In this document: positions 28,747 through 42,800 of the stretch, in pieces | How positions within the stretch are numbered: the stretch's first letter is position 1 | Layout: the number at the start of each line of letters is the position of its first letter | Assembly: GCA_012295275.1 (NCBI GenBank) | Contig: CM022670.1 | Location: 248,001 to 312,000, forward strand | Direction of reading: 5' to 3' | Origin: Chrysomallon squamiferum | Taxonomy: Eukaryota; Animalia; Mollusca | Length of the DNA stretch: 64,000 bases | Translations under genes and position numbers: made by a program | The notes under the pieces: model-generated | What the model saw: the letters and a program-made list of their open reading frames with translations, nothing else | Told to the model about the DNA's origin: nothing | Databases searched by the model: none

Positions 28747-31204
28747 GGGAGAGATTTTTTGAAGATTTTATGGAAATAAGTAGGAGGATATGTGGTTTAT
28801 AAATACTAAAATGTCCAAATTATTATATAAAACATAAAGTTATGCCTCATTATTTGTTGAAAAGCCACAAATAATGGCAACTGGGACTGATGCTGACATA
28901 GTTTACACTACAGAATTTTATATTTTACCCATTATAGACCTTTGATGAATAATTTACTGATTAGTAATACACTTTTCTAACAAACTACCAATAACAATAT
29001 GACTTAAAAATGTGTTATCTCCAAAGGACATATAAAATTTCTTGTAAGACTTTTATTGACATAAAACAGAATATATTTCTTTCCTACTCAAGCTATGATA
29101 CATTTTTATTATCCTGTATAAATATTAGAAAAATTAGTGATATATAAAAAAAATTTCCATTAGAATAAAACTTGGTAATGTTAAGTTATGTATTTTACAA
29201 AGCATAAAGAGTTTTAAATTGGTATGAAATTCAATTTGATTCTTTACAGATCTTGATACGTAATGAAAAAACAACTGATATTTAGTAGCAGTGTTATTTT
29301 CGAACACCTTAGGCCACAAGCTCATGTTTGTTTTACACCCAATACAAACAAAATTATAATAATAAAAAAAAATTAAAAAACAAAAAATTGAAACCACAAA
29401 ATAGTAAAAAAACATAAAATTATAAAACTTTTAAAATAATCTTAAAAATCAGCTTCCTATTTTACAACTGTTGATATATCTAATAAAAGAAAAATTTCAC
29501 ATTTATGTAATAGAAAACATTCTTAGCTATGGAAACTAGTAATACAATATTTAGAAAATTTATCACAAAGATTTTTTAAACTGGTTTCCAAGTTAGCTTA
29601 TTTCACAACTCTGATATCTGATGAAAGTTATGAAAACTTATCTGGAAAGTTTGCAAACATGTATCCACTTCTGTTTGACAGTTGCTATCTTTGAACTAAC
29701 TGGCACTTTCATGGATTTCAAGTGTGTTTAGCACACATCATAGATTGTTACTATCAAAGAAGCCATGAGAGTGACAAACGGAGGAGATAACTCTAATTTG
29801 TTATGTTTTAGCTTTTTTCTGGGTGGCAAGAAAAGAACAGCATATTGTTTGATGACTGATTTTTCTGTTTATAAACAGTTTAATTTGTGATGTTATCAGT
29901 TGAAAAGTGTTGGTGTCTTCAACTGTGCATTTTCTCTTTTCTCTTCTTTAGTTTTCTTCTAGGAAATTACTTCTAACATTTGTAGGTACTTTCTAATGAG
30001 AGGAAAAAAATCTGTGAATTTTAATAGAAGTTGTTGAGACCTGTACCAATTTTATTTTACGTTGCCTAAAAATAGATTGTGTTTACAATAATTTAATTCT
30101 TCCTCACCCCCCCCCAAAAAAAAAATTGGAAAAGAATTATATTACAAAAATAATAATAAAATAAATAAATAAATAAATAAGATTATAAGAAAAAAAATGA
30201 AAAAAGACTCAGAAATTCATGAAAATTTAATCGATAATGATTACAACATCAGCAAATAAATACCAAATGAAGCCTGAATGTACAGCGTAATTTCATCATC
30301 ACCACGGTGACATCGTCAGTCCACAGCTACGCATGGAGAGCTGTCTTCTTAATTGAGCAACTGGTCAAACAGCACAGGGAAGAATACAAACAGTTTTACA
30401 GCATTACGCAAAAATTACAATCTGATTTCATTTTGCGACTGGTACATTTGTGAGGAGCAAATTCAAGAAGAACATGTCGCTGGGTTAACCTACTTACAGT
30501 TCAGCAACAGTTCTGTTTGCCTTGCAAATTACAGACAAGTTTGGAAAACTCAATTTTTTTTTTTTACCACACATTTCTGTGCAAATTGGAAAATCCATGC
30601 CAGGGAATTGACATTGATGTGAAGTTCATTTTCCAGACCTTATATTGTTTTCCGAGGTTTCTGTCGACAGTAATAGAATTTTTTTTTTTTTTTTTTGGAA
30701 AGTTTATTTGCAGAAATTGATAAAATTAGTAGAAAGAAGTTGGTAACTCATTAAAATTATATATATATATATATATGTAAAAGAATGGAAGAATTGGATT
30801 CTAATAAATGTATTTTTATTTTATTTTGTTTATTTAGTTACTTAATGATTATTATCATTTTTAGAGGGGCAATTCTGACTGAAATTAATTTTAGTGGACT
30901 GATAAAAATAAATACTAATATAGATTTTGAGAAAATGATAAAATCTGGTGCTGTAATTGTTGCAGCACTGAACAGAGCCGTACAGGATTGCAGCAAGCTG
31001 TAGATGTGTTTTCACTGGTTTGCTGATTTCACAGATCATTGTCAGAAACTGATAACATTAGCTGTAGAAGTACGGAATGTGTAAAAATAATAAAACAAAA
31101 AATAGAATGAAAGAATGAATTTACATTATCACAGAAGTTTGCAAAGGTCAACAACACAGTACAGATGTCAGAATAATCTGACATTGAATTGTACATTTTT
31201 CTGA

Positions 31205-31262
31205 ATGTAGTATAGTTCAGTGGTTAGACTACGCTCTTGAGACAATAGATCACATGGAGAAT
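31205..31262 (+). mobile_element. Decayed tRNA-derived SINE head
   Basis: TATAGTTCAGTGGTTAGA at 31211-31228 is A-box-like and identical to the - strand copy at 3514-3531. No intact B-box or cloverleaf. Confidence 0.5.
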
Positions 31263-32836
31263 CAGCCTATCAAACAGTAAAATAAAATAAATTATTAACA
31301 GAACAGAATTAAATTACACAATCTGTGAAGTATGAAATACCAAGCTTAATTTATAAGAAGAAGGAATAACAATTGGTTTAAATTTAAGACATTTTGGGAA
31401 ATCCATTATTATTACATACATATTTTATATCTTGTTTTTGAATGCAATTTTAATTATTAAATTGAAATAACAAATACAGATCTTTACAATACCATATGAA
31501 TTTATTTTTTTATCAAAAAAGACAACAAAAAACAACAAATATTTGTTTTTATTTAATTATAAAAATGGAAATGATACAGCAAATGAAATAAACATTTGCA
31601 CTGTGAACGTAACACAGCTATTGAATGGCAACCATGGCTTTCTGTGTGAAGACTGCCGTTGATCACAGTGACAACGATGAGGGTTCTCTGATGTCACAGT
31701 GATGGGTCTGAGCTTCAATAAGTGTGTCTTTATTGCTGCAGAAGAATCGATTGACTTGCTCAATCAGACTCACTTGCCTGCCCCCTTGTTGCATGTTGCC
31801 TTTTTACACAACTGTTGCATAACAAGCAAAAAGAGAAATACAAATAACAATTTTTTCTTTTAACCGAATTGTTTTATAAAGTGCCATTTACAAAAGAAAT
31901 TTTGAAACCATTTTTAAAATGTGACACTTGATCAAAGCCTGACAGGTCAGCATTTTGTTAATACTCAGTAAACAGAATTTAAAAGACCTCGAACATTAAC
32001 ATGATTATAATTTTAAAATCTTTAAAAAAAAAATGTAAATATTGATTCTACAGTAAAATCAATAAGAACCCATTTTTTTCTTCACTTTTATTGGCTTTAA
32101 TTCTGAATAAAAGAAAGCTAAAATGATAATAGTTTTGGCATAAAACATTGCAAGAAAAATTGTCTGGGAATGCTTCCTGCAACAGAAAGGCTACAATATA
32201 TTGACTGTAATGACTGCAATTTGGAAGACAGTTCTTTCAGAAATAATAGCTGTGAATTATCAAATTACCAATTTTCCAGCACATATCTTGCTGAATTAGC
32301 CATGGAAGTGTCTGTATTGATTGGCAGAGAAAGAAGTATGGCCAGTCGTACCTCTTAACACCACCACCATTACTACCATTTCTCACAATTTGTTAGCAGT
32401 CCACGACTTGTAAATTTTCTCTGTTGCGTCTGTACATTTCATGGCCTGGTGACACTGATTGCCTGATTGCCTGACTACAGAAGGCTATATTCAGACCTAG
32501 GTTGACAGAAAAGCTGAACGGCATCCATTTTCAGATGGTCGCACTTTCTCAGTTTCAGGGAAAATGCTTGTCAACTGTGGATCGTAAACTTGCTTTTACT
32601 GTCTTCATTGCAGCAGACTATGGCTTCTGAGAAAATAATATCTCAGTTTTCAATTTATTTTGGTAAGATACAAGGAAGACATAAACATCCTAGGCATATA
32701 TTGCCAACCATAAAATTACACCAAAAGAGAAACTGTGGTGTGAGACTGTTATAAATTAAACACAGTTCTGTCAGTTACACTTCACTGGTTTGATTACTAC
32801 TTAAAACTCTGAAGTTTCAATTTATTTTGGAAAGTC

Positions 32837-32874
<38 letters not shown>

Positions 32875-33007
32875 TGGAGGATTGATACTCTGGCCCATTA
32901 CAACCCAGGAATAATTTTTTGTCATTGGGGGATAGTCGTTTCCCTTTGTTTGGTCAGTCAGAAGAAAATCAGTAGCTATCTCCTAAAACTAATTAAAAAA
33001 TATAATA

Positions 33008-33008
33008 A

Positions 33009-33054
<46 letters not shown>
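33008..33054. repeat. (AAT)n microsatellite
   Basis: Direct observation. Confidence 0.95.
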
Positions 33055-33055
<1 letters not shown>

Positions 33056-34020
33056 AGTTAACCTGAAAAACAACAACAGTGGTGTCAAAACATCTTTTTA
33101 ACTGTCAGGTTATGTCACTCGTGGTTCGCTGGTTTGTTTACAAGTTAAAATGTGCAAGACTTGGTAATTCAAGACTCTGCAGGAATTACTCATTGTAATA
33201 CTTAATGACAACATTTTACTTTGAAAATGTGTTTTAAAAATCTTTTCTTTGTGTAAATGACAACTTAAATTTACCATAAGACAAAACAAATCCACAAAAA
33301 TTAGCACAGCAAAAAACTAAAAAAACAAAAACAATGACAAAAAAATGCGACAAACAACAAAAAAGCAATGAGAAAAATCTGAAGAAAGAAAGCATGTTTG
33401 ACTGGAATAATTTCCAGAATGCAGATTCCATGTTTGACATTCTTTATATTTTTTCTTTGTCTTTTTATGTTTCCATCTATTTTTCTTTTCAAAATGGTTG
33501 TCAGAATGAATTACAGTTATGTAGTCGAACACCAGCTTGCTTTAGAGGAGTAATGTGCAAAAGGATTGAACATCAAATGTGGTCCTTTTCCCATTCCAGT
33601 CATTGCTCTAATGTGAGCATTTGAAAATTTACTGCAGAATATACTTTTATCTCACTTTTAGGAGCAGCTGATGGTGGTTTATCAGTGCTTTTGTTTGTTT
33701 TTAGAGCACAGTTATACAACCATAATTATTAATAAAAAATGTGTTCAAATGATGTTCAAAATTCTCTTCATTCTTCTACTACTACTACTACTATTACTAC
33801 TATTTACACCACTACCACCATTATCAAAATCCTCATTTATTTTATGTAGTCTATAGAATTTATAACATACCAAAGACGAAATGGCATTTCAAAAAATTAA
33901 CTATTTGTTTCTTAAAAAGTTCTTTTTAAAGTAATGAAAACCTGCTCAATATAATATTTAAATTTGTTATTTTATTTTCAAATTTCACTAATGATTAAAA
34001 GCACAGATTTTCATTTCCAA

Positions 34021-34060
<40 letters not shown>

Positions 34061-35294
34061 TGTCAATAAACCAAAGGGAAAATAACATGAAAAAAATTAT
34101 TCCGGAATTGAGGTACTTGATAAAATACAAAACAATGTGAAATCAAGTGCTTTTATTTTATCTGTTCTTTGATTTTCATTTATTTGAAACACATGTAGTG
34201 TTCAGCATTAGGACAAAAGGATGTATTGTAAGTAAGTTAATATACAGGAGTGAATATAAACATGTTGTTATGTATTCTGAGAGATGAAAGCTTGTGTGAG
34301 CCACATGGCTGCGTAGTTTGGTTAATTCAAACATGATGAAGGTTTAATGTATTTTCTCTCTCTCACCCCAGTACACTGAATAACACAAGTGTTATTAGCC
34401 TGTGTGTTTATTTGTCTGTGTTCATACACATACACATTAGTGTATTTTCAGTATAATGTTTATCTGAGTATTTCACTTTCCCCATACAAAAGGTAAGGTA
34501 TTTTATTAAACAGAAATAAATTATACAAAGAATATTGAAATTTTGTTAATTACTGTTGATAGGTAGATAGGATTCAGAACAATGGTCTAGTTACATATTT
34601 AATGGCTTCATGCAGCAGTCAGATAGCTTGATTTTACTGTAGACAAAATAAACAAATTATACAAAAATATAATTGAAAAGGTACAAATTATTCTTGGTGA
34701 TTCAGATGTTATCGAAACATGATATTTACTTTGTGAAATTACTTATCTATTTAATATATCTCTAAACAAAAAGCTCTGTGCATGATGACAAAACACTATT
34801 AACCAGATCAGCAATGTATATTAAATAATAAATGTGTTTATTCATGTAAATGACTTCAACAGCTTTGACAATATGATAATTGGCTTTGCTTTGATGATCA
34901 GGAAGAAACACATTATTGTTGGATCACTTGTTTAAAGATTTCATTGACTGTGATATCAAAGAGGGATAGACATCAAGTTTAACTCATCATAGAAAGTAAC
35001 ATTTAACATTTACTGCTGACCTAATGAATTCAGTAATGTGTTAATAATATTTACAGACTACAAACAAATCTTTGTACAGCTCAAAATACACTTAACAGAT
35101 CAATAAGTGGTAAAAAAAAAAATCAAAGAACAGTTTGCTGATGCTGTGAATGTTGTTACTGTGTTTAAATAAATGAAAATATTTAACTATACTTTTTACA
35201 TTTTTATAAGCTTTTGGGGTTTATTCAGTATTACCAAACCACAGCAAAGAAAAAAGGAAGAAAAATTATTTTATTTCATGATACATTTTAAATC

Positions 35295-35390
35295 ATCAGT
35301 TATATGGTGTCGTATATATAAGTAAAAACCATTCAGATAACTCGACAGAGAGAGACAAAAAAAACAGTAGTAGTATTCTTTTATAAGAAC
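35295..35390 (-). mobile_element. Possible decayed 3' portion of a gastropod-type SINE
   Basis: CAGTTATATGGTGTCGTATATAT...AACCATTCAGATAA..GAGAGAG resembles, from memory only, the reverse complement of a SINE 3' region common in gastropod genomes. Unverified. Confidence 0.3.
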
Positions 35391-37725
35391 ATTTATTTCT
35401 TAACATAGTTATTATGTGTAACTAGTTGCATCTGAATTCTGAATTTTAAAGATTAATATTTAAGAATAATTTCATGTTGACAGAATTAAAACTAATGCTT
35501 TATGTATGAAGACAATGTATTGTTTGGAAGCAGTGATTCTATTCTCTGATCTGTATCTTAGAGGTGTCTCTTTTTTTTGAAAATTTCTATAATCACATAT
35601 TTGGGGAGATTACAGAACTGTTTTTTTTTTTTTTAAACAACAAATTGCAGCAAGGTTTTGTTAAAGCATGCCTATCATGGGCACACAAATCTGCAGAAAC
35701 CATGGGACCATCCACCCAGTGTGGTATTTATGCAGGTGTGGGTGTCAAAATGTTGCCTGGGGGGTCATTCCTGGAGACTGTCTGGAATTTCACCATCATC
35801 ATTGATGAGATCCTGCTGTTTTGTCTTCAGCTATTGTGTTACACCAAAAATGTCCATTTATTCAGATAGCTTTCCTCTGGCACTGCGCCTGCAGGTTAGT
35901 TTTTGTTTCCTGAAGTTCAAAGTTGTGATATTTATGTTCCAGACAAGAGATAAGTCACATGTATTGCCAGGTTCTTGGGAACGTTTTGGCAGATCTGTTT
36001 TGTTTATTTGTTTCATTCCATACTCTCTCCATCTTTTTAAATTATCTCTAATTCTTGACGAATGTCTGTTTTTTGGATTTAATTTACAGAAATTTGTGAT
36101 GATGATGACAATATTAATAAATTCAATAATAGTAATATGTTTCATATGGAATTCTATAATGATAATAATAATAATAATAATAGCAAATGAAAAGAAAAAA
36201 AAACAATGCAAATAACAATACTTTCATTTTAAGTTATTTTTATTTGTTTTTATATAGTAATTACCAAACTGAAAATAAATGAAAATAAATGAAAATAAAT
36301 AAATAAATAAATAATAATAATAGTAATAATAATACAAGTATATTAATTAAATAATTCAGTAAATTTAAAAACAGTCTTTTCTAAATATCACTCCATTTCT
36401 TGAAGTCAGAAGCAAATATCAATAGTAATTGAACTGTATAATATAATATTTAGAAAATCTGAAGTGATATCACCATAGAAACATTGTAAATCATCCATTA
36501 TAGTCATCTTTAACCAATTCATTTTCTGAAAGCTTTGATATGATTTAACTCTTTAATAATGTAACTTGACACCATAGTGTGAAATGATTCATAAACACAG
36601 ATAAAATATCAAAAAAATAATAAATAAAAATAATTGATAAATAAAAAGTTTATTAATGTCGTGGCAGATTAACATGAAAAAAAGAAAAAGAAAATATTAA
36701 AAAAGAAAGAGAAAAAGAGGAAAATTGTTATTGATACAAGAAATGTATGTAATTATTAATAATAATGATATCAGTGCATGTTTTGGAATCAGGTTAAAAA
36801 ATGTATTTAAAGAATCCAGATGAATTTGTTTTCTCAAAATTATATATAAATATAATGGATAATTAAGACATTTTAACAGGGAACAGCAATGCAAAATAAT
36901 AGATAAAAAAATGGATTTATAAAAATGATCTAGTTATCATTTTAATAATATAAGTAGGCAACAGTGTATAAGAACTGCAAAAAAAAAAAAAAAAAAAAAT
37001 AATAATAAAAAAAATAAAAAAATAATAATAAATAAATAAATAAATAATAACAGACAAATGTATTATCTTATGGCACTTAAGTCACGTAACTTGGCACACA
37101 AACAGACAATTATAAAGAAATATATATATAAAAATACATACTGAACAAATAGATTTATTACTTAATAATACAAGTTGGCACAATAGTAAAAACAATAAAA
37201 CATAATAATAATAATAACAAATGACAAATTTATTATGACACTTTAGTCAGGTGGCATGGTGAATATATATATATACATATATATATGTTTATGAGTATAT
37301 ATGCTTATGTTTGAGTGTAAATACAAACAGTGGGATACAGTTACACAGAAACAAGACAAGCACACATACATATATAGATCTTGGTTTTCATCAGTGAACA
37401 TTTCTGCATATATAAGTCATAAATAATAATTACTGTTCAGTGGGAACAGCAATGCTGTTAGTAAAAGTGTGTTCAGAGACCATTTCCGGCCACTTTGTTT
37501 TGACAGGGACAAGTTGAGCAGGGTAATTCTGAGTGAATATAGACATCATATAGGGAATTGATGCCAGGACTTGCTTGCCACTTCATATATCACCACTCCA
37601 CCCAGCAACCAGAGGCCTACCAGAAGCCAGGCCCTGTCCAACACCCACCAGCTGCTTCTGGTGAATTATGGCCCTTGGGAGTGCTCTTATGGTTCCAGTG
37701 TCTTGGTAATTGATGCTGATGGCAA

Positions 37726-37782
<57 letters not shown>
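37726..37782. repeat. (TG)n microsatellite
   Basis: Direct observation; the source of the CVCVCV/HTHTHT ORFs. Confidence 0.97.
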
Positions 37783-37784
<2 letters not shown>

Positions 37785-39463
37785 GCTACTCCATTGGAAG
37801 AAGGTCATTGCTGTAATAATTTTAATTGCTTTACATTATTTCTCAAGTTGGCTTATTCTCAAGAGAATTTTCAGTTTAACATTATTTGCTTTGTTTTTTC
37901 AAATTATTATTATTTTTTTAATACTTCCATGATTGCTGGTGTTTAGAAACAAGGACTTGTTAGTGTGTTAGACTGTAATAACAGTCTTCTGGATGACAGA
38001 TGGAATGCCAGACTCAGAGTAGAAGTGTCAGTGCATGTTTGGAATCAAGTCACAAATTGATTTAACAATTCCAAATGAGATGCCATTTACTTTATTCTTG
38101 CACCTGGTTTAAAGAATAATTAGAAAAAAAGAAATGTTTTCTAAAAAAAAACCAGTTTTGCCAAATGTGTTTTTCAGTCCTTAGTATTTCAGGAATTCTG
38201 GTTTCTTTACATTTTATATAGATAGATAGACAGCCAGACAGACAAACAGACAGATATATAGATAGATTATATGGACAAATAGATTCTTTTTGTACAGTGA
38301 AAATATCAAGGTCAGCATACAGTATAGTTTTAAAAATGTAAATTTTTGTATGTTAGTTATAGTGTCAGTTTTCACCACAAACTGGTAATAAGCTGGTGAA
38401 ATGTGGTAAGATAAGATAATTAATAAAGATTTCAGACATTACACATAAAGATAAGATAAAACTGGTAACACAATTACATCATCATGTTCATCATCACTTC
38501 CTGTATCTGGATATTAATGAAATCCAGTATGGCTGCCAGATCTTGTCTGTTTTTCATTTCCACAGAACCTAAAAATTTGTAATACATTTCATAAAAATAA
38601 AAAAAACTTTTAAAAATACTGAACAAAATGAACATATTACATAAGGCTGGCTTTAATCTATTTTGAATTTGGGTTAATGTAAAACAATTTAGCATCACAT
38701 TTTTAAAATTTATTAGTCTTTTCTTCAGCAATGTTGAAACTTGTTTTTAATTACAATTAAAAAAAAAAAAGAAATTTCCACCTGGAGAGGAAAGATTTGT
38801 GGATTTTTGATGGTGTTAATATGATACTTCCAAACCAAGACCAGGTGCTGGCTGGCATGCTCTGTAAACAATAAAGTTACAAACATAAACTTGAGTAAAT
38901 TCCACCACTGTCCCTGGGGTCCAGTGATTTGTAACAGGTGTGGCTCTGCCTCATGAGAACCTGGGGCATCTCCCTGATTAGAGTCACAGCAAAGCTGAAA
39001 ACACAAGTTTGCTGCAGAACTTGAACATTTGTAAACAGTGAGAGACCATGACTGGCTTTAATGAGTTCCTTCTCTCCAAATAAAAGATATGCCTGTTTTT
39101 AATCCCCTCCCAGCTGATCTGCATCAAAACACATTGCCACAGTTATAAAACAGCAGGCTGTTCAAGGATACTCCACTAATATTATTTTTAAAACAATCTT
39201 CAAAATAAAATGTTTTTCAAAATTTTCTTGTTTTATTTATTTTAAATGCATTTAAATTTATAAAATAGAGTACATTTGATAGATTTTATAAATTTGATAA
39301 AAAAACAACCCATCTTTAGAAATATACTCACACTCTTTCTGAAAAAATTATTTTGTATGATTGTTGTCTACTTCTCCCTGCTTTGCACTTTTCTTTATTT
39401 CTCAATCTGTATTCTCTGTTTCATTTTGTAATTCTAGATAATCTTATTTCATATTTTACACCT

Positions 39464-39498
<35 letters not shown>

Positions 39499-41831
39499 CT
39501 ACAAAAAGTTATATTTATTATCGTTTTGTAAAAGATGAAACTTTATAATAAAAAGACCACAACCAGAAAATCATTAAGAATCCATTAAGTACTTCTGTGA
39601 CTCTTCAGACTGACTCATAGTGCAATGAGAAAATTTTGTATTAATCCAAGGACCAGTTCTAAATGAGTGAAAAGTGACCAATATAAATTCAGCTCATCTC
39701 GTGAACTTGACTTCCTCTTGGAGTTGTGGAAATGACCCGACTGATTCTGAGCAAGTCAGAGTTGCAGGAATTCAGGAAGTGACAAGAAATGTGAGACAGA
39801 TGAGCAGCAATGTCACTTTTTTCAGTTTGAGATGTCAATTATTTTCCTATTTACACACCCAGCAGTGAAACCATCAAATTGGAAACCACGGGTGGTGACA
39901 ATTAACATCATTTCAGTTTGACTAAAAATACATAGTAAATGAGAGTAACCATTGATGTGCAGATGAGTGTTTTGATCTGAGTATCTTTCTCTTTCTTTAT
40001 CTCTCTGGCCTTTTCTTTCCTTTCTCTTCTGTTCTTTTCATCTGCAGAATAGACTTTGACTAAAATTTAAAGCATTATGTCTAAGAAACCAAAAATTACT
40101 GCATGATAATCCCCCCCATTTAACAAAAGCCAGAGAGGTTTAAAAGCTTCTTTCAACTAACTGATTTAGTAATCTTTATATGGCAACACAGGTTTCATAT
40201 GATGTAAACATTACAAAATCATTCATTTAACTGAATAAATTTTCTGTGTCTGAATACAGAGGCATAGTATCTGGGGCAAGACAAGTGTATTGCTCACCCT
40301 AACCTTTGGAAGTTAACAATCTCTGAACCTCTTCCACCAGTCCAGTAGTGAACCTAAGAATAACTGCTCCTGTTACCCTGCCCATACTCCACCACTGTCT
40401 AAATATCTGTCACTCTCTCTCTCCCTTTTCTTCACCTCTTTTCTCTTTCTACCTCTCTGTCTCTCTTTTCTCTTCCATCTCTTTCCTTTTTCTTCTTCTT
40501 CCTCTCTCTATCTCTGCTTCTTGACATCTTTTTCTTCTCATGTGTCTATCTCTCTACAGCTCTGCCAGGCTCTGTTTCTCTATTCCTCTGTACCTTTTGT
40601 TCTTATTTTTTTGTATATTAAGAATGCAATTTATTCATCAAAGTGAAAAATCCACAACTGCAATCACAGCAAACGAGTAGCAACAGAATCTGCTTGAAGA
40701 TTTAGAAAAAACAATTTACAGAAACTCATAGATAAGACGGTGGTGACATAACTGCTGAAGGGTCATTTACAAACAGCCATTATAAAGCAATGAATCAGAA
40801 AGGTAATTTCAAAACTTCCATACCCAACTGTCAATATTTGACTACAACTGTTGCTATCTTCTCCCATTCTCCTGGATTTCTGGCATGCATGATAGTTTAT
40901 AGTGACACAGATGACAGATATTTGTAAATGATCGAAGGGGTAAAAAGGGGAAAAAAATAAATAGAAAGAAGTATAAGTAGTTGTGATGCATCAAAGAAAT
41001 TAGTTTTGGAAATCTGTTAAATATGAGTATTATTTCAGTACAAAAAGAATAAATAATAATTTAGTGTGAGCTTAAATATTAAGAAAATAATTACTTTACT
41101 GATGGAATTTAGTGTTGGAGAATTATTTTAAGAAGAAAAACCATAGCAGCATTACAGTTCTGTTACTATGGAAAGGTGAAACAGGATATGAAATCAGTGT
41201 CTTGAAGCCCTTATTCAGCATGGTTTAATCATTATACCACCAGTGTGGGTATTCTTTATATTGTCAATTACATACAGATTACTGTTTCAATGTTCATAAT
41301 AATGAGAAACTCATATAACACTGTTGCATGTTTCAAATCTTCTTACAAAGCTAAAATAAACAAAACAGTGAGAATTATATGTTTTTAAATCCAGTATCGT
41401 AACAGTTTTGTAACAGTTTTGTTACAGCTAAGCTTCATAAAATTTTAATGAGGTTCACACATGTAATATGAGACCCATTTCATAAGAAACATTAACTAAA
41501 TGTTCATGTGGATAATGTTTAGGTTTTTTTTCCCCCCATTTTAATACCTCCTTAAAACATTTGTCTTAGAAGTTTTGTAAATTTTTATTAAATAGTTATT
41601 TCTAATACTGTTTCTGTTTCATGTAGGTAGGTTTTTGTGTTTGTTTGTTTTTCTTGCATTTTAATAGCTGTTAACATTTTTATGTTGTACAGGTTTTTTT
41701 CAGTTATTTTTGTCAGTGTTTCTGTAGCAATTACTATATTCACAGTAACCTCCTGTCCTTTGTTATCTATCGGTATTTGGATTTATGCATAGCACATAAT
41801 ATCCCTGGTGTGTATTATGCCACCAAACACA

Positions 41832-41868
<37 letters not shown>

Positions 41869-42409
41869 ACTTTTTCTACATACAGCACTCAAATCTGACA
41901 GAGCTGGTGTGTAAAATAAACATGTACGTAGCAGACTGAGTTTTTTATTTTCTGAAAAATAACATGTCACGTCTGTGATACAGATCTGTCTGGGAAAAAC
42001 AAAGAGTTTTCCTAGTGAAAGAGCATGTACTCTGAAGTGTGCTGCTTGCCCATTGTGTCATGCTGCTGAACTTGCAGTAATGGACTAATGGTCTTGAAGT
42101 GGCAGACAGAATAATGTACTTGAGATTTATGTTAGACTTCAATCTGCCACAGACACATTGCTCTAAACTTGTATTTTCTGTTGGTTAAACTGTATTTTTG
42201 TTTTGATTTTTACAGTTTAGAGAATTGGACTGGTGTTGCTTGTTATTTAAACGCTAGAATCAGTCTCTTTTTTTTTTTTTTTCTAGTAGTTAAACTGGCT
42301 GTTACAGCCATTATGACTTAAAATGTACTTAGACTCTCAGACTTCAGTTTATTTATTTTGACTATAGGCCTTAATACTGAATGTATATTTTGCACATAGA
42401 CTGTATTTG

Positions 42410-42800
42410 GAGTCATGACTTCAGCTGATGAACTATGACAGACTGGTGTTTATATATCCAAACTTTGTGACTGTAATAGAAAACCGTGACTAATAACTGT
42501 GACTGAAAGATTTTTGTCTAATGGACAGAATGTTAACAAAGTTGGACTGAGGGACAATGACTAATAGATTAAAGGACTATGACTAACATACCACTGGATT
42601 ATCACTGTATGGACTGAGGGACTCTGATTAAAGGACTCACGGACTATAATGAACTATAGGACTATGACTACTAAACTATTGAATTATGATAAATTGGACT
42701 CAAGGTCTGTGACTAATTGGCTAAGAGACTAGGACTAATGGACTGAATGTCTAGGACTATGTTATTTTACACAGAGTCCACTTTGTTGAACTTTGACTAA
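42410..42800. repeat. Degenerate (G)GACT-core minisatellite, ~7-8 bp period
   Basis: Dense ggactgag/ggactat/gactaat units between ~42540 and 42760, fading on both sides. Confidence 0.75.

Noticed and set aside
31205-31280. Functional tRNA gene
   Set aside because: A-box only; no T-arm/B-box or acceptor stem pairing.
35658-36215. Longest ORF in the track (185 aa) and overlapping ORFs
   Set aside because: Non-ATG start, no recognisable domain, and it runs into (ATA)n and poly-A; no coherent exon structure.
40257-40397. Possible Harbinger-like MITE (CAGAGGCATAGT ... ACTCCACCACTG)
   Set aside because: The terminal inverted match is too degenerate to support.
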